In this document: in pieces, positions 36,383 through 45,888 of the stretch | Position numbering within the stretch: the stretch's first letter is position 1 | Layout of the letters: every line of letters begins with the position of its first letter | Source of the DNA: Candidatus Nitrospinota bacterium M3_3B_026 | GTDB lineage: Bacteria > Nitrospinota_A > UBA7883 > JBPRGF01 | Direction of reading: 5' to 3' | DNA: 45,888 nucleotides | NCBI GenBank assembly: GCA_051418015.1 | Contig: JBPRGF010000027.1 | Span: 1 to 45,888 of the forward strand | Made by a program: the position numbers and the translations under genes | The notes under the pieces: model-generated | What the model saw: the letters and a program-made list of their open reading frames with translations, nothing else | Database searches by the model: none | What the model was told of the DNA's origin: nothing

Positions 36383-36430
36383 TCTTCAATAATGTACCGT
36401 CTACATTCTTCAATAATGTACCGTCTACAT
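36383..36430. repeat. Perfect 2 x 24-bp tandem duplication abutting the tRNA 3' end
   Basis: tcttcaataatgtaccgtctacat at 36383-36406 and 36407-36430. Confidence 0.95.
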
Positions 36431-36504
36431 GGTGGGCGCGGGTGGTTTCGAACCACCGGCCTCTTGCGTGTCAAGCAAGCGCTCTCCCCCTGAGCTACGC
36501 GCCC
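36430..36504 (-). tRNA. tRNA-Val(GAC)
   Basis: GGGCGCG TAGCTCAG...CTTGC TTGACAC GCAAG...GGTTCGAAA...CGCGCCC A CCA; cloverleaf with encoded CCA; promoter TTGACT-N17-GAGAAT upstream. Confidence 0.97.
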
Positions 36505-36747
36505 TTTCAGAACTAAAAATTCTCTCCGAAATGATCCATCAAGTCAAGCGTTTTCACAGCCTCTTGCGCCCCCATGCGAGAAAAAGCCGGACCCGGCGCG
36601 GGATCGCTCCCCCGGCCGCCTCCGGCCGGGCCCGCTCAGCCCTTCCCCTTTCGCCCCGCCGCTCCAGGGAGAACCCCGGCGGCGAAGTTCCGGCTGGCCG
36701 GGAGAGACGGCGCGACGCAAAAAAATGAATTTTTTTTCGGGGGCGGC

Positions 36748-36776
36748 TTGCTTTTCACCTCCGCCCGTACTATTTT
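36748..36776 (+). promoter_or_regulatory. Putative sigma70 promoter of groESL
   Basis: TTGCTT-N17-TATTTT immediately before the CIRCE element. Confidence 0.5.
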
Positions 36777-36783
36777 GCGTCTG

Positions 36784-36810
36784 TTAGCGCTCTCGAGCGG
36801 GGAGCGCTAA
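36784..36810. promoter_or_regulatory. CIRCE element (HrcA operator)
   Basis: TTAGCGCTC-N9-GAGCGCTAA versus consensus TTAGCACTC-N9-GAGTGCTAA, upstream of groES. Confidence 0.9.
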
Positions 36811-36908
36811 AACGACGGACTCGAAGCCCGCGCGGCGCTGTCTTTATTTCGCGGCGGCCGCCGCGGGGGCGGTAATTTTATTCTCAAGACTCGAGGAGGG
36901 AACATTAG

Positions 36909-37202
36909 ATGGGAGTTAACGTAAAACCGTTGCACGACAGGGTGCTTGTTCAGCCCATGGAGGCCAAGGAGACGGTCAAGGGCGGGATCATAATCCCCGA
37001 CTCCGCAAAGGAAAAGCCCCAGGAGGGTACGGTCATCGCCGTCGGCGAAGGGAAGATAATGGAGGACGGCTCCAGGCGCCCCATGGCGGTGAAGAAGGGC
37101 GACAAGGTCATCTACTCCAAGTACGCCGGCTCCGAGATAAAGGTCGAGGACACGGAGTACCTGCTGATGAGGGAAGACGACATTCTCGGGATCGTGGAGT
37201 AG
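36909..37202 (+). CDS. groES: Co-chaperonin GroES
   Basis: [31 protein letters not shown]. Confidence 0.98.
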   Translation: MGVNVKPLHDRVLVQPMEAKETVKGGIIIPDSAKEKPQEGTVIAVGEGKIMEDGSRRPMAVKKGDKVIYSKYAGSEIKVEDTEYLLMREDDILGIVE

Positions 37203-37225
37203 GGATTCGAGACCTGGAAACCTAA

Positions 37226-38887
<1,662 letters not shown>

Positions 38888-38912
38888 GCCCCGCTCCTCC
38901 GTTTACCATACG

Positions 38913-38951
38913 ACCCCGCGCCGTTCCAAAAAGCGGCGCGGGGTTTTTTTT
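38913..38951 (+). terminator. Intrinsic terminator of groESL
   Basis: accccgcgccg-loop-cggcgcggggt followed by a T-tract. Confidence 0.85.
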
Positions 38952-39071
38952 GTCCGCGGGCTTTTCAGCAAAGCAAGCGTGAGGCTTCCCCGGCGCATAA
39001 ACCGCCGCTTGCCTCCACCAGCGCCGGGAGATAGACTTTACGGTAAGCGAACGATAGAAAAGGAGAAGCGA

Positions 39072-39722
39072 TTGAAGGGACTCCTGATAACCTTCGAGGG
39101 GGTTGAAGGCAGCGGCAAGAGCACGCAAATAAAACTTCTCGCCGAAAGGCTCCGCGCCGCGGGCCGTGACGTCGAGCTTGCCAGGGAGCCCGGCGGGACA
39201 CCCGCGGGGGACGCGATCCGGGGAATCCTGCTGGACCCCCGGACCGACCGGCTCGACCCCGTGACGGAGCTTCTTCTCTTCTCCGCCGCCCGGCGGGAGC
39301 TGGCGAAAAACGTGATAGCGCCCGCGATCACGGCGGGGAAAATCGTCCTCGTCGACAGGTTCGCCGACTCCACCATGGCCTACCAGGGCTTCGCCCGCGG
39401 CCTGGACAGGGAGCTTATAAGCGTCATGACGAACATAGTCCTCGGAGGCGTCCGCCCGGACCTTACCATAGTCCTCGACATGCCCGCCGAGGAGGGGCTC
39501 GCCCGCGCCAACGGCAGGATCGACGCCGAAGGCAGCGAGGAGGCGAGGTTCGAAAAGGAATCGCTTGAGTTCCACCACCGCGTCCGCTCTGGCTACCTCG
39601 AGATCGCCGGGTCCGACCCCGGAAGGGTGAAAGTCGTCGAGGCGGCGGGCGAGGCGGAAAAGATAGGCGAAGAGGTTTTCAGGGTCGTCCGGGACATCCT
39701 GCCGGGGGGTGGCGAGGCGTGA
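39072..39722 (+). CDS. tmk: Thymidylate kinase
   Basis: ITFEGVEGSGKSTQ, REPGGT, DRF.DST.AYQG, PDLT; TTG start after AGGAG. Confidence 0.95.
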   Translation: MKGLLITFEGVEGSGKSTQIKLLAERLRAAGRDVELAREPGGTPAGDAIRGILLDPRTDRLDPVTELLLFSAARRELAKNVIAPAITAGKIVLVDRFADSTMAYQGFARGLDRELISVMTNIVLGGVRPDLTIVLDMPAEEGLARANGRIDAEGSEEARFEKESLEFHHRVRSGYLEIAGSDPGRVKVVEAAGEAEKIGEEVFRVVRDILPGGGEA

Positions 39723-40738
39723 TGGGCGGGCAGGCCCCGGCGCTCGGCGGGATAATCGGCCAGCCGACGGCTCTCAGGATCCTGCGGGCGGGCCTGCCGC
39801 CTGGGGAGCCCGCCCACGCCTATCTTTTCATGGGCTCCGAGGGCGTGGGCAAATTCACGGCCGCGTTCGCATTCGCCCGCGCGCTGCTCTGCGAAAAACG
39901 CGGGGAGGACGCCTGCGGCGTGTGCGGAACGTGCGTCAAAACGGCCTCCGGCGCCCATCCCGACATCATCGTGGTCAGGCCCGAGATCCGCGAAAAGAAG
40001 GTGAAGGAGGAGATCGACATAGCCCGCGCGAGGGAAATCATCCGCGCCGCTGGCTACAGACCCTACGAGGCCCGGCGGAAGGTCCTCGTCATCGACGGGG
40101 CGGACAGGATGAACACCGCTGCCCAGAACGCCTTCCTGAAGACGCTGGAGGAGCCGCCCGGCGACACGGTGATAATACTCGCCGCCGTCAACACCGGCAA
40201 GCTCCTGCCGACGATAATCTCCCGCTGCCGCATGGTCAGGTTCAATCCTGTTCCATTCGGCGCGCTGGCGGCGTTCCTGGAGGAGCGGGGCGGGATGACA
40301 GATGAGGAGGCCCGCGCCGCCGCGGCGCTCTCCAGGGGCTCGCCGGGGCTTGCCCTGTCCGGCGCGCTGGACGAGGAGAAGGAGATCAGGGAGGAGGCGA
40401 TCTCGATCCTTTTCGGGAAGGACGGAGGTCTCCGCCCGGAGGATATCCTGAAGCTGGCCGTTTTCATGGACAAGGGCGCGGACAGGAGCCGCGTGGACAG
40501 GCTGTTGCAGGTCATGACCGAGCTTGTCCGCGATCTGCTGACTATGCGAATACGGGGGAAATGTGATAATTTGATAAATGTTGATATCGCTTCGAGGATA
40601 GAGAAGGCGGCCTCGGGGATGTCTCGGCGAAGGCTGCTTCGCATATATTCCGTGACGCAGGAGATGATCTTCGCCAGGCAGTGGAACGTGAACCCCCTGC
40701 TAGTGACCGGCCTTCTGTGCCTCGAGTCTCAGGAATAA
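39719..40738 (+). CDS. holB: DNA polymerase III delta' subunit
   Basis: HAYLF.G..GVGK, Zn motif CGVCGTC, HPD, NAFLKTLEEPP, LLPTIISRC; follows tmk. Confidence 0.93.
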   Translation: MMGGQAPALGGIIGQPTALRILRAGLPPGEPAHAYLFMGSEGVGKFTAAFAFARALLCEKRGEDACGVCGTCVKTASGAHPDIIVVRPEIREKKVKEEIDIARAREIIRAAGYRPYEARRKVLVIDGADRMNTAAQNAFLKTLEEPPGDTVIILAAVNTGKLLPTIISRCRMVRFNPVPFGALAAFLEERGGMTDEEARAAAALSRGSPGLALSGALDEEKEIREEAISILFGKDGGLRPEDILKLAVFMDKGADRSRVDRLLQVMTELVRDLLTMRIRGKCDNLINVDIASRIEKAASGMSRRRLLRIYSVTQEMIFARQWNVNPLLVTGLLCLESQE

Positions 40739-40750
40739 CACCAGACAGAC

Positions 40751-42067
40751 ATGGACGACCTCAACGAGGAGCGCGGCGCCGCCCCTTCGGACAAAAGCCG
40801 GGGGGAGAGGCGGGAGCGTGACGCGAAAAAGACCGCGGCCGGCGCGGAAAGCGGCCGGTTCGGCGCTTCCGGGGCCATCTCAGACACGCCCCCACCCCGG
40901 CGCGAGCCCGGCGCCAAAAAACCTGAGGACTACGTTGTCAGCGTCATCGCGGGCTGCGGGGGCAGGCCGGAGGATTATTACTGGAACAACATAGAGCTTT
41001 CCGTGGGCGACCTTTGCGTGGTGGAAAACGGCAGGGACCTGTCTTTCGGAAAAGTCGCCGTGGCGAGGCTCCCCGCCTCCCTCACCATCCGCGGCGAAAG
41101 GCCCGGCAGGATCGCCCGCCGCGCCACCGGGGAGGATGAGAAAAGGGCCCGGCAGCTGGCCCGCAAGGAAAAGACCGCCATGGCCTATTGCCGCGAGAAG
41201 ATCGTGGAGCTGGACGTGCCCATGAGCCTTTCCCGCGTGAACTATACCTTCGACGGGAAAAAGGCGGTCTTCTTCTTCACGGCGGAAGGGAGGGTGGATT
41301 TCCGCGAGCTGGTCAGGGAGCTGGCGAATTTCACGAGAGTCAAGGTCGAGATGCGGCAGATCGGCGTCCGCGACGAGGCCAGGATGATGGGCGGCTGCGG
41401 CCCCTGCGGCCACGAGCTTTGCTGCTCCACGTTTCTTCCCGATTTCGCTCCGGTCTCCATCCGCATGGCCAAGGACCAGAACCTTTCCCTGAACCCGAGC
41501 AAGATATCGGGCGTATGCGGGCGGCTCATGTGCTGCCTGGCCTATGAACACGCCCACTACAAGGAGCTCACCCGCCGCGCGCCGCGCCTCGGCAAGGGGT
41601 GTCTCACGACCGACGGGAGGACGGGCAGGGTCCTCCAGTTGAACCTGCTCCGGGAGAGGGTGACGGTCATGTTCGAGGATGAGTCCAAGAAGGAATACGA
41701 CCTGTCCGAGGTCGTCCCCCGACGCCCCGGCCAGCAGGTAAGCCCTCCACCGCCGAAAACGAAGGATTCGAAAGAGGCGCAGGCCCCGGCGGAGGAAGAC
41801 GCGGCCGCCGCCGAAAAACCGCCAGCCCCTCCGGCGCGCGGCGAAGCGAAAAGCGAGAGCGCGGCCCCCGCCAGACCGTCCAAACGACGCAGGAGGAAAA
41901 GAAAAAAAAGCGCGCCTGGAAAGGGCGCCGCGGACGCCCCGGCAGACGCCGAAAGCGCCGGGCAGACCGGCCCGGAGGCCCAGGCCCCCGGGAGAACCTC
42001 GCGGAAAAGCAGAAGGCGGGGCGCGAGGAAAAGGAGGAAGGGCGGAGAGCCCGGCGGCGAGTCATGA
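40751..42067 (+). CDS. PSP1-domain protein (YaaT/RicT family) with low-complexity extensions
   Basis: FTAEGRVDFRELV, EMRQIGVRDEA, GPCG..LCC, SIRMAKDQ.LSLNP.KISG.CGRLMCCL.YE; tmk-holB-PSP1 synteny. Confidence 0.92.
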   Translation: MDDLNEERGAAPSDKSRGERRERDAKKTAAGAESGRFGASGAISDTPPPRREPGAKKPEDYVVSVIAGCGGRPEDYYWNNIELSVGDLCVVENGRDLSFGKVAVARLPASLTIRGERPGRIARRATGEDEKRARQLARKEKTAMAYCREKIVELDVPMSLSRVNYTFDGKKAVFFFTAEGRVDFRELVRELANFTRVKVEMRQIGVRDEARMMGGCGPCGHELCCSTFLPDFAPVSIRMAKDQNLSLNPSKISGVCGRLMCCLAYEHAHYKELTRRAPRLGKGCLTTDGRTGRVLQLNLLRERVTVMFEDESKKEYDLSEVVPRRPGQQVSPPPPKTKDSKEAQAPAEEDAAAAEKPPAPPARGEAKSESAAPARPSKRRRRKRKKSAPGKGAADAPADAESAGQTGPEAQAPGRTSRKSRRRGARKRRKGGEPGGES

Positions 42068-42519
42068 CTGGATCGCGCGCCATGCTCACGGTTTTCACCG
42101 CCGCTTTACTGTGGGCGGTTTTCGCTGCCCCGGCCCTGGCGGAAAACATCTACGTGGAAAGCGAAACGGCCAGGCTCCGCGCCGGGCCTGGCACGGACTA
42201 CCCGATACTGTGGAAGGCTCCCCGCTACTACCCGCTGGAGTATCTTTGCAAGTACCAGGCCTGGTACGTGGCGCGCGACCATGAGGGGGATGTCGGCTGG
42301 GTGCACGAGCAGGTCATCGGGAAAGGCAGGGCGGCCATCGTCATCAACGAGAAGGCCAACATAAGAAAGGGGCCGGGCACGAACAATCCGATAGTCTTCG
42401 TGGTGGAAAAAGGCTACCTGTTCAAGGTGCTCGACGAGAAGGGGGCCTGGTACAAGGTGCTGGACACCGAGGGGGACGAGGGCTGGGTTTATGGGAGCCT
42501 GGTCTGGGTCTCCAGGTAA
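42064..42519 (+). CDS. Exported protein with two bacterial SH3 domains
   Basis: Signal peptide; two repeats of (L/I)R.GPGT...W....D.EGD.GWV. Confidence 0.88.
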   Translation: MTGSRAMLTVFTAALLWAVFAAPALAENIYVESETARLRAGPGTDYPILWKAPRYYPLEYLCKYQAWYVARDHEGDVGWVHEQVIGKGRAAIVINEKANIRKGPGTNNPIVFVVEKGYLFKVLDEKGAWYKVLDTEGDEGWVYGSLVWVSR

Positions 42520-42549
42520 CGTTTTTTCGAGGAAACACAAGAGGGGGTA

Positions 42550-42999
42550 TTGGAGGTGACTGGACGAACGAGGCATTTGATGAGAATCGCTTGCGCGCTC
42601 TTTGTGGTCATTTTCACCGGCTCCGGGGCCTGGGGACAGGCATGGGCGCAGGCCAAGTGGAACTTCGATGGAGGCCGGCGGAAGGCGGAGGGGGCGTCGC
42701 GCGAATCGGCCCAGGCGCGTGACGACTACCAGACCTATTGCGCCCAGTGCCACGGCCAGCAAGGCGACGGCAATTCACAGCTGGGCAGGCTGCTCGACCC
42801 TCCGCCCGCCAACCACACCGACCCGGAGAGGATGAGCAAGGCCTCCGACGAGCGGATATTCAAGACCATCAGCGAGGGGGGCGACGCCGTGGGGCTCTCG
42901 GAGGGCATGCCGGCGCACAAGACCACGTTGAACGAGGAGAGGATCAGGGGGCTGGTCAAATATATCCGCCAGCTCTGCGGATGTGAATACAGGGAATGA
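42550..42999 (+). CDS. Periplasmic monoheme c-type cytochrome
   Basis: Signal peptide, YCAQCHG, distal ligand GMPA, C-terminal LCGC. Confidence 0.9.
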   Translation: MEVTGRTRHLMRIACALFVVIFTGSGAWGQAWAQAKWNFDGGRRKAEGASRESAQARDDYQTYCAQCHGQQGDGNSQLGRLLDPPPANHTDPERMSKASDERIFKTISEGGDAVGLSEGMPAHKTTLNEERIRGLVKYIRQLCGCEYRE

Positions 43000-43060
43000 A
43001 GGCCGCTTCTTCCGCCGCGGCCTGATACGCGTCAGCGGGCGGCTTTTCGCCGTATCGGTC

Positions 43061-45220
43061 TTAAAGCTCCGCGGATTTCAACGCCTTGGGAGTTTGTTCG
43101 CCGGACGGCGCCTCCGGCGTCTCTTTTGCGTGTTCCTGTCTTGAGTCGCCGACGATTTCGGCCAGCGCCTCCACCACGCCCATGAGCTTGCCAGCCTGGG
43201 CGCTCAGCTTCTCCGCGGCGGAGGAGGAGTCCTCGGCGTTTCTCGCGTTTATCTGCGTCACCTTGTCCATTTCGGCCACGCCGTGGTTCACCTGCTCCAC
43301 CCCGGTCGCCTGTTCCTTGGAGGCCGCCGCGATCTCGGAGATCAGGCCGTTGGCCTTCTTGACGCTGTCCACGAGCTCCTCCAGCGTGTGCCCGGCCGTG
43401 TCGGCCATTCCCGCCCCCTCGTTGGCCTTGGCGGCGACGTCCTGGACCTCCTGAATTATCAGCCCCAGGGTCTTCGCGGCCTTTTCCGCCATCCCGCTGC
43501 TGCCCTCCGCCTTCTCCCTGGCGCTTTCGATGAGGGCCGTCGTGTCCCTGGCCGCCTTGGCCGAGCGCTGGGCCAGGCTCCGCACCTCCTCGGCCACAAC
43601 CGCAAAACCCTTGCCGTGCTTTCCGGCCCGGGCCGCCTCCACCGCCGCGTTCAGCGCCAGGAGATTCGTCTGGAACGCTATCTCCTCGATCACCTTGATG
43701 ATCTTGCCGATCTCGTCCGAGGCCGTGTTCATCTGCTTCATGGCGGTCATCATCTCGCTCATGGTCTTCTCGCCCCCTTCCGCGTCGGAGCGGGCGCGCA
43801 GGGCCAGGGAGTCTATCTCTTTCATCGCCTCTATCAGCGTTCCTATGTTCTCCCTGCCGGTCTCCGCCTTGTCGCTGGCCTCGGCGGATATGGCGCTGGC
43901 CTTGCCGGCGTTGTCGGCGTTGCCCTTGGTCATGGACGATATCTCGTCCAGCGAGGCGGAGCTTTCCTCCAGCGCGGCGGCCTGCTCCGTGGCCCCCTCG
44001 GCCAGGGACTGGCTGAAGCCGACAAGCTGGTCGGACGCGGCGGACATCCTCACAGCCTCGTTGCCGAGGTCGCGCATGATGCCGTTCAGCGGAGCCACCA
44101 CCGATCTGTTGAAATAGACCGCCGAGGCGGCGATCATCGCCACGATGAACACCCCGAGGCTTGTCACCGTCCAGAAAAGCCTGCTCTGCCTGCCGTCGGC
44201 TATGGACTGGTATATTCCGACGAGGTCGTCGCTTGCTTTCCTGAGCTGGTCGGATTTTCCCATCAGGTCCCGGCGGGCCATGAACATGCCGGCCCCGGCG
44301 GAGGCCTCCATAAGGCTCTTGAACTCCTCGTCGAACTCTCCCAGCGCCTTCTCCACCTCCAGGGCCTTGGCCTGGAAGCCCTCATCGTCAACGGCGTTGA
44401 TCGCCTGGTACTTCGACATCGCAAGGTCCAGGGGATACTCGCCTCCGCTCCTAACGGCCGACAGGGTCTGGGCGAACATCTGGCGCAATCCGTCGTATTT
44501 GCCGTCGTCGGGGTTCAGCTCGGCGCGCCCCACGGCCGGGTCGATGGAGAACAGCAGCTTGTATTTACGGACTCCCAGCAGGTCGCCCTTCTCGTATTCG
44601 GCGTCGGCCAGGGCGTAATGGCAGGCGATACAACCGTCCGCCGTGGCGATGTCGCCTGTGTAGAAATAGAGGTAAAGGACGCCGTTTTCCCCCTCGGCGG
44701 CCTCGCTGTAGATGTCATACGGATTTTTCTTCAGCGCCTCACCCGCCCGCTTGTCCATTTCGGAGACAAGCTTCTTCTCCGGGTTTATCGGGTTCTCGGA
44801 GAGAATGTCCACGGAAAGATCCTCTCCCTGAAACCTCTCGTTCACCATTCTGGCGAAGGTGGCGGGGAAGGGGATGGCGGGATGCTTCTCCTCCCCCGGG
44901 TTCCTGGAGATCAAAAGATCCGCCTCGTCCGCGGCGGAGATTATTGTCTCCGTATAGGCGGTGCGCATACTGGTTATGTACCGGTCAAAGACCAGGACCT
45001 GGTTCTCGAGCGTCTTATACTCACCCCGCGAGGCGATCCCCAGCGCCGTCTTGGCCATGGCCTGGGAGAGCATCCTCTGCCTTCCAAGGGCGTTTATTAT
45101 CTTGCCGTCATTTTTACCGAGATTTATGGAGTAGACAACGACCAAATTGGAGCAGATCGTGACGAAGGCTATCAAACCCATCAGGGCGAATGCCTTTAAC
45201 TTCATTGAAGTTTTCTTCAT
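43061..45220 (-). CDS. Methyl-accepting chemotaxis protein with PilJ/NarX-like and c-heme (DUF3365/Tll0287-like) sensor region
   Basis: TM1, [17 protein letters not shown]...SENPINP...CIACH...GDLLG, TM2, [20 protein letters not shown] hairpin tip. Confidence 0.93.
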   Translation of the reverse strand: MKKTSMKLKAFALMGLIAFVTICSNLVVVYSINLGKNDGKIINALGRQRMLSQAMAKTALGIASRGEYKTLENQVLVFDRYITSMRTAYTETIISAADEADLLISRNPGEEKHPAIPFPATFARMVNERFQGEDLSVDILSENPINPEKKLVSEMDKRAGEALKKNPYDIYSEAAEGENGVLYLYFYTGDIATADGCIACHYALADAEYEKGDLLGVRKYKLLFSIDPAVGRAELNPDDGKYDGLRQMFAQTLSAVRSGGEYPLDLAMSKYQAINAVDDEGFQAKALEVEKALGEFDEEFKSLMEASAGAGMFMARRDLMGKSDQLRKASDDLVGIYQSIADGRQSRLFWTVTSLGVFIVAMIAASAVYFNRSVVAPLNGIMRDLGNEAVRMSAASDQLVGFSQSLAEGATEQAAALEESSASLDEISSMTKGNADNAGKASAISAEASDKAETGRENIGTLIEAMKEIDSLALRARSDAEGGEKTMSEMMTAMKQMNTASDEIGKIIKVIEEIAFQTNLLALNAAVEAARAGKHGKGFAVVAEEVRSLAQRSAKAARDTTALIESAREKAEGSSGMAEKAAKTLGLIIQEVQDVAAKANEGAGMADTAGHTLEELVDSVKKANGLISEIAAASKEQATGVEQVNHGVAEMDKVTQINARNAEDSSSAAEKLSAQAGKLMGVVEALAEIVGDSRQEHAKETPEAPSGEQTPKALKSAEL

Positions 45221-45440
45221 TCTCTAATAAACGCCCCTGCAGAGTACCTCAAGAATCAGTCTGCAACATTATAAATCATGCGCGAGAATTCTTCATCAAC
45301 AATTATTGAACAGTGTATTAGAAGGCCATAACGAGACGCTGTCCGGATATCTCACATAATGGGGTCATGGTAAGGCCGGAAAGATTACCCGGAATCCACG
45401 CCGCGGAGGTGGAGCAGGTTTCGCCGGGCAACCGGCCGCG

Positions 45441-45888
45441 TCAGGCGGGGAGCGCTTTCGGGCTCTCCTCGCCGTATCCGCCGGTCTCGCTTTCCCGTCC
45501 TCTTCCGCGGCGGACGCCGCGTCCCCTCTCCTCGTCCTCCGCGCCGGTGACAAGCCCCAGCAGGTCCGTGACCATCTCCTTGAGCTTGTCCGCCTGTCCC
45601 GAAAGCTCTTCGGCGGCGGCGGCGGACTCCTCGGCGTTGGCGGCGTTCTGCTGGGTCACCTTGTCCATCTGGGACACGGCGGTGTTCACCTGGTCCACGC
45701 CGCGCGCCTGCTCGTTCGACGCGGCGGCGATCTCCCCCACGAGATCCGTCACCTTCTTCACGCTGTCCACGATCCCGCCAAGGGCCGTCCCCGCCCGGTC
45801 GGCTATCTCGCCCCCGTCAGCCGCTTTCTTTACCGCGTCCTCGATCAGCGAGGCCGTGTCCTTCGCCGCCGCCCCGGCGCGCTGGGCA
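45441..45888 (-). CDS. Methyl-accepting chemotaxis protein, 3' part only (truncated by window end)
   Basis: Same C-terminal MCP arm as nt 2-286, diverging after AAAAEEL; ends EESPKALPA. Confidence 0.93.
   Translation of the reverse strand, partial: AQRAGAAAKDTASLIEDAVKKAADGGEIADRAGTALGGIVDSVKKVTDLVGEIAAASNEQARGVDQVNTAVSQMDKVTQQNAANAEESAAAAEELSGQADKLKEMVTDLLGLVTGAEDEERGRGVRRGRGRESETGGYGEESPKALPA
45603..45888. repeat. Right copy of terminal inverted repeat (MCP DNA)
   Basis: Reverse complement of nt 1-286; 45748-45888 is an exact match to nt 1-141. Confidence 0.95.

Noticed and set aside
36383..36430. Possible mini-CRISPR array
   Set aside because: Two adjacent 24-bp copies with no spacer and no cas genes.
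43283..45199. Long antisense or alternative-frame ORFs (also 4163-5626, 18065-19444, 21380-22924, 37310-38446)
   Set aside because: Shadow ORFs caused by high-GC codon bias opposite well-supported genes; no recognisable motifs.

Overview
A 45.9-kb, GC-rich bacterial chromosomal segment made up mostly of housekeeping genes. The gene set and order suggest a deltaproteobacteria-like or Nitrospinota-type organism (inference only). In order: 3' end of a chemoreceptor (MCP); ppa; recO, era and ccmC/B/A (transcribed ccmA-ccmB-ccmC-era-recO); a receiver protein with a degenerate HATPase domain; a Gfo/Idh/MocA oxidoreductase; an HhH-GPD DNA glycosylase; xerD, a small membrane protein, an N-acetyltransferase, rlmD and an AGCS symporter; a divergent MoaA-like radical SAM protein; dusB; PMM/PGM; mrdA-rodA-TIGR03960/TIGR03936-type radical SAM fusion; an unusual LuxR regulator; TPP riboswitch and thiC; rsmE; a PLP aminotransferase; a pseudo-receiver; DUF2851; zapA and a zapB-like gene; tRNA-Val-infC-rpmI-rplT-pheS-pheT (minus strand, no thrS); CIRCE-groES-groEL; tmk-holB-PSP1-SH3-cytochrome c; a heme-c/PilJ-NarX-type MCP; and the 3' end of a third MCP. 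The two window ends are an exact 141-bp inverted repeat inside MCP paralogues, probably an assembly break. I see no CRISPR array, prophage or transposase. Best candidates for new biology: (i) a ~190-nt highly structured, pseudoknot-capable ncRNA candidate with its own promoter at 27194-27383; (ii) a chemoreceptor with a c-heme domain apparently inserted in a NarX/PilJ-like sensor and symmetric 28-residue duplications in its signalling hairpin; (iii) a MoaA paralogue lacking the GTP-binding residues and the C-terminal GG motif; (iv) a ~75-nt sRNA candidate upstream of ccmA; (v) several apparently catalytically dead signalling modules. All calls come from reading the sequence; no searches were run.
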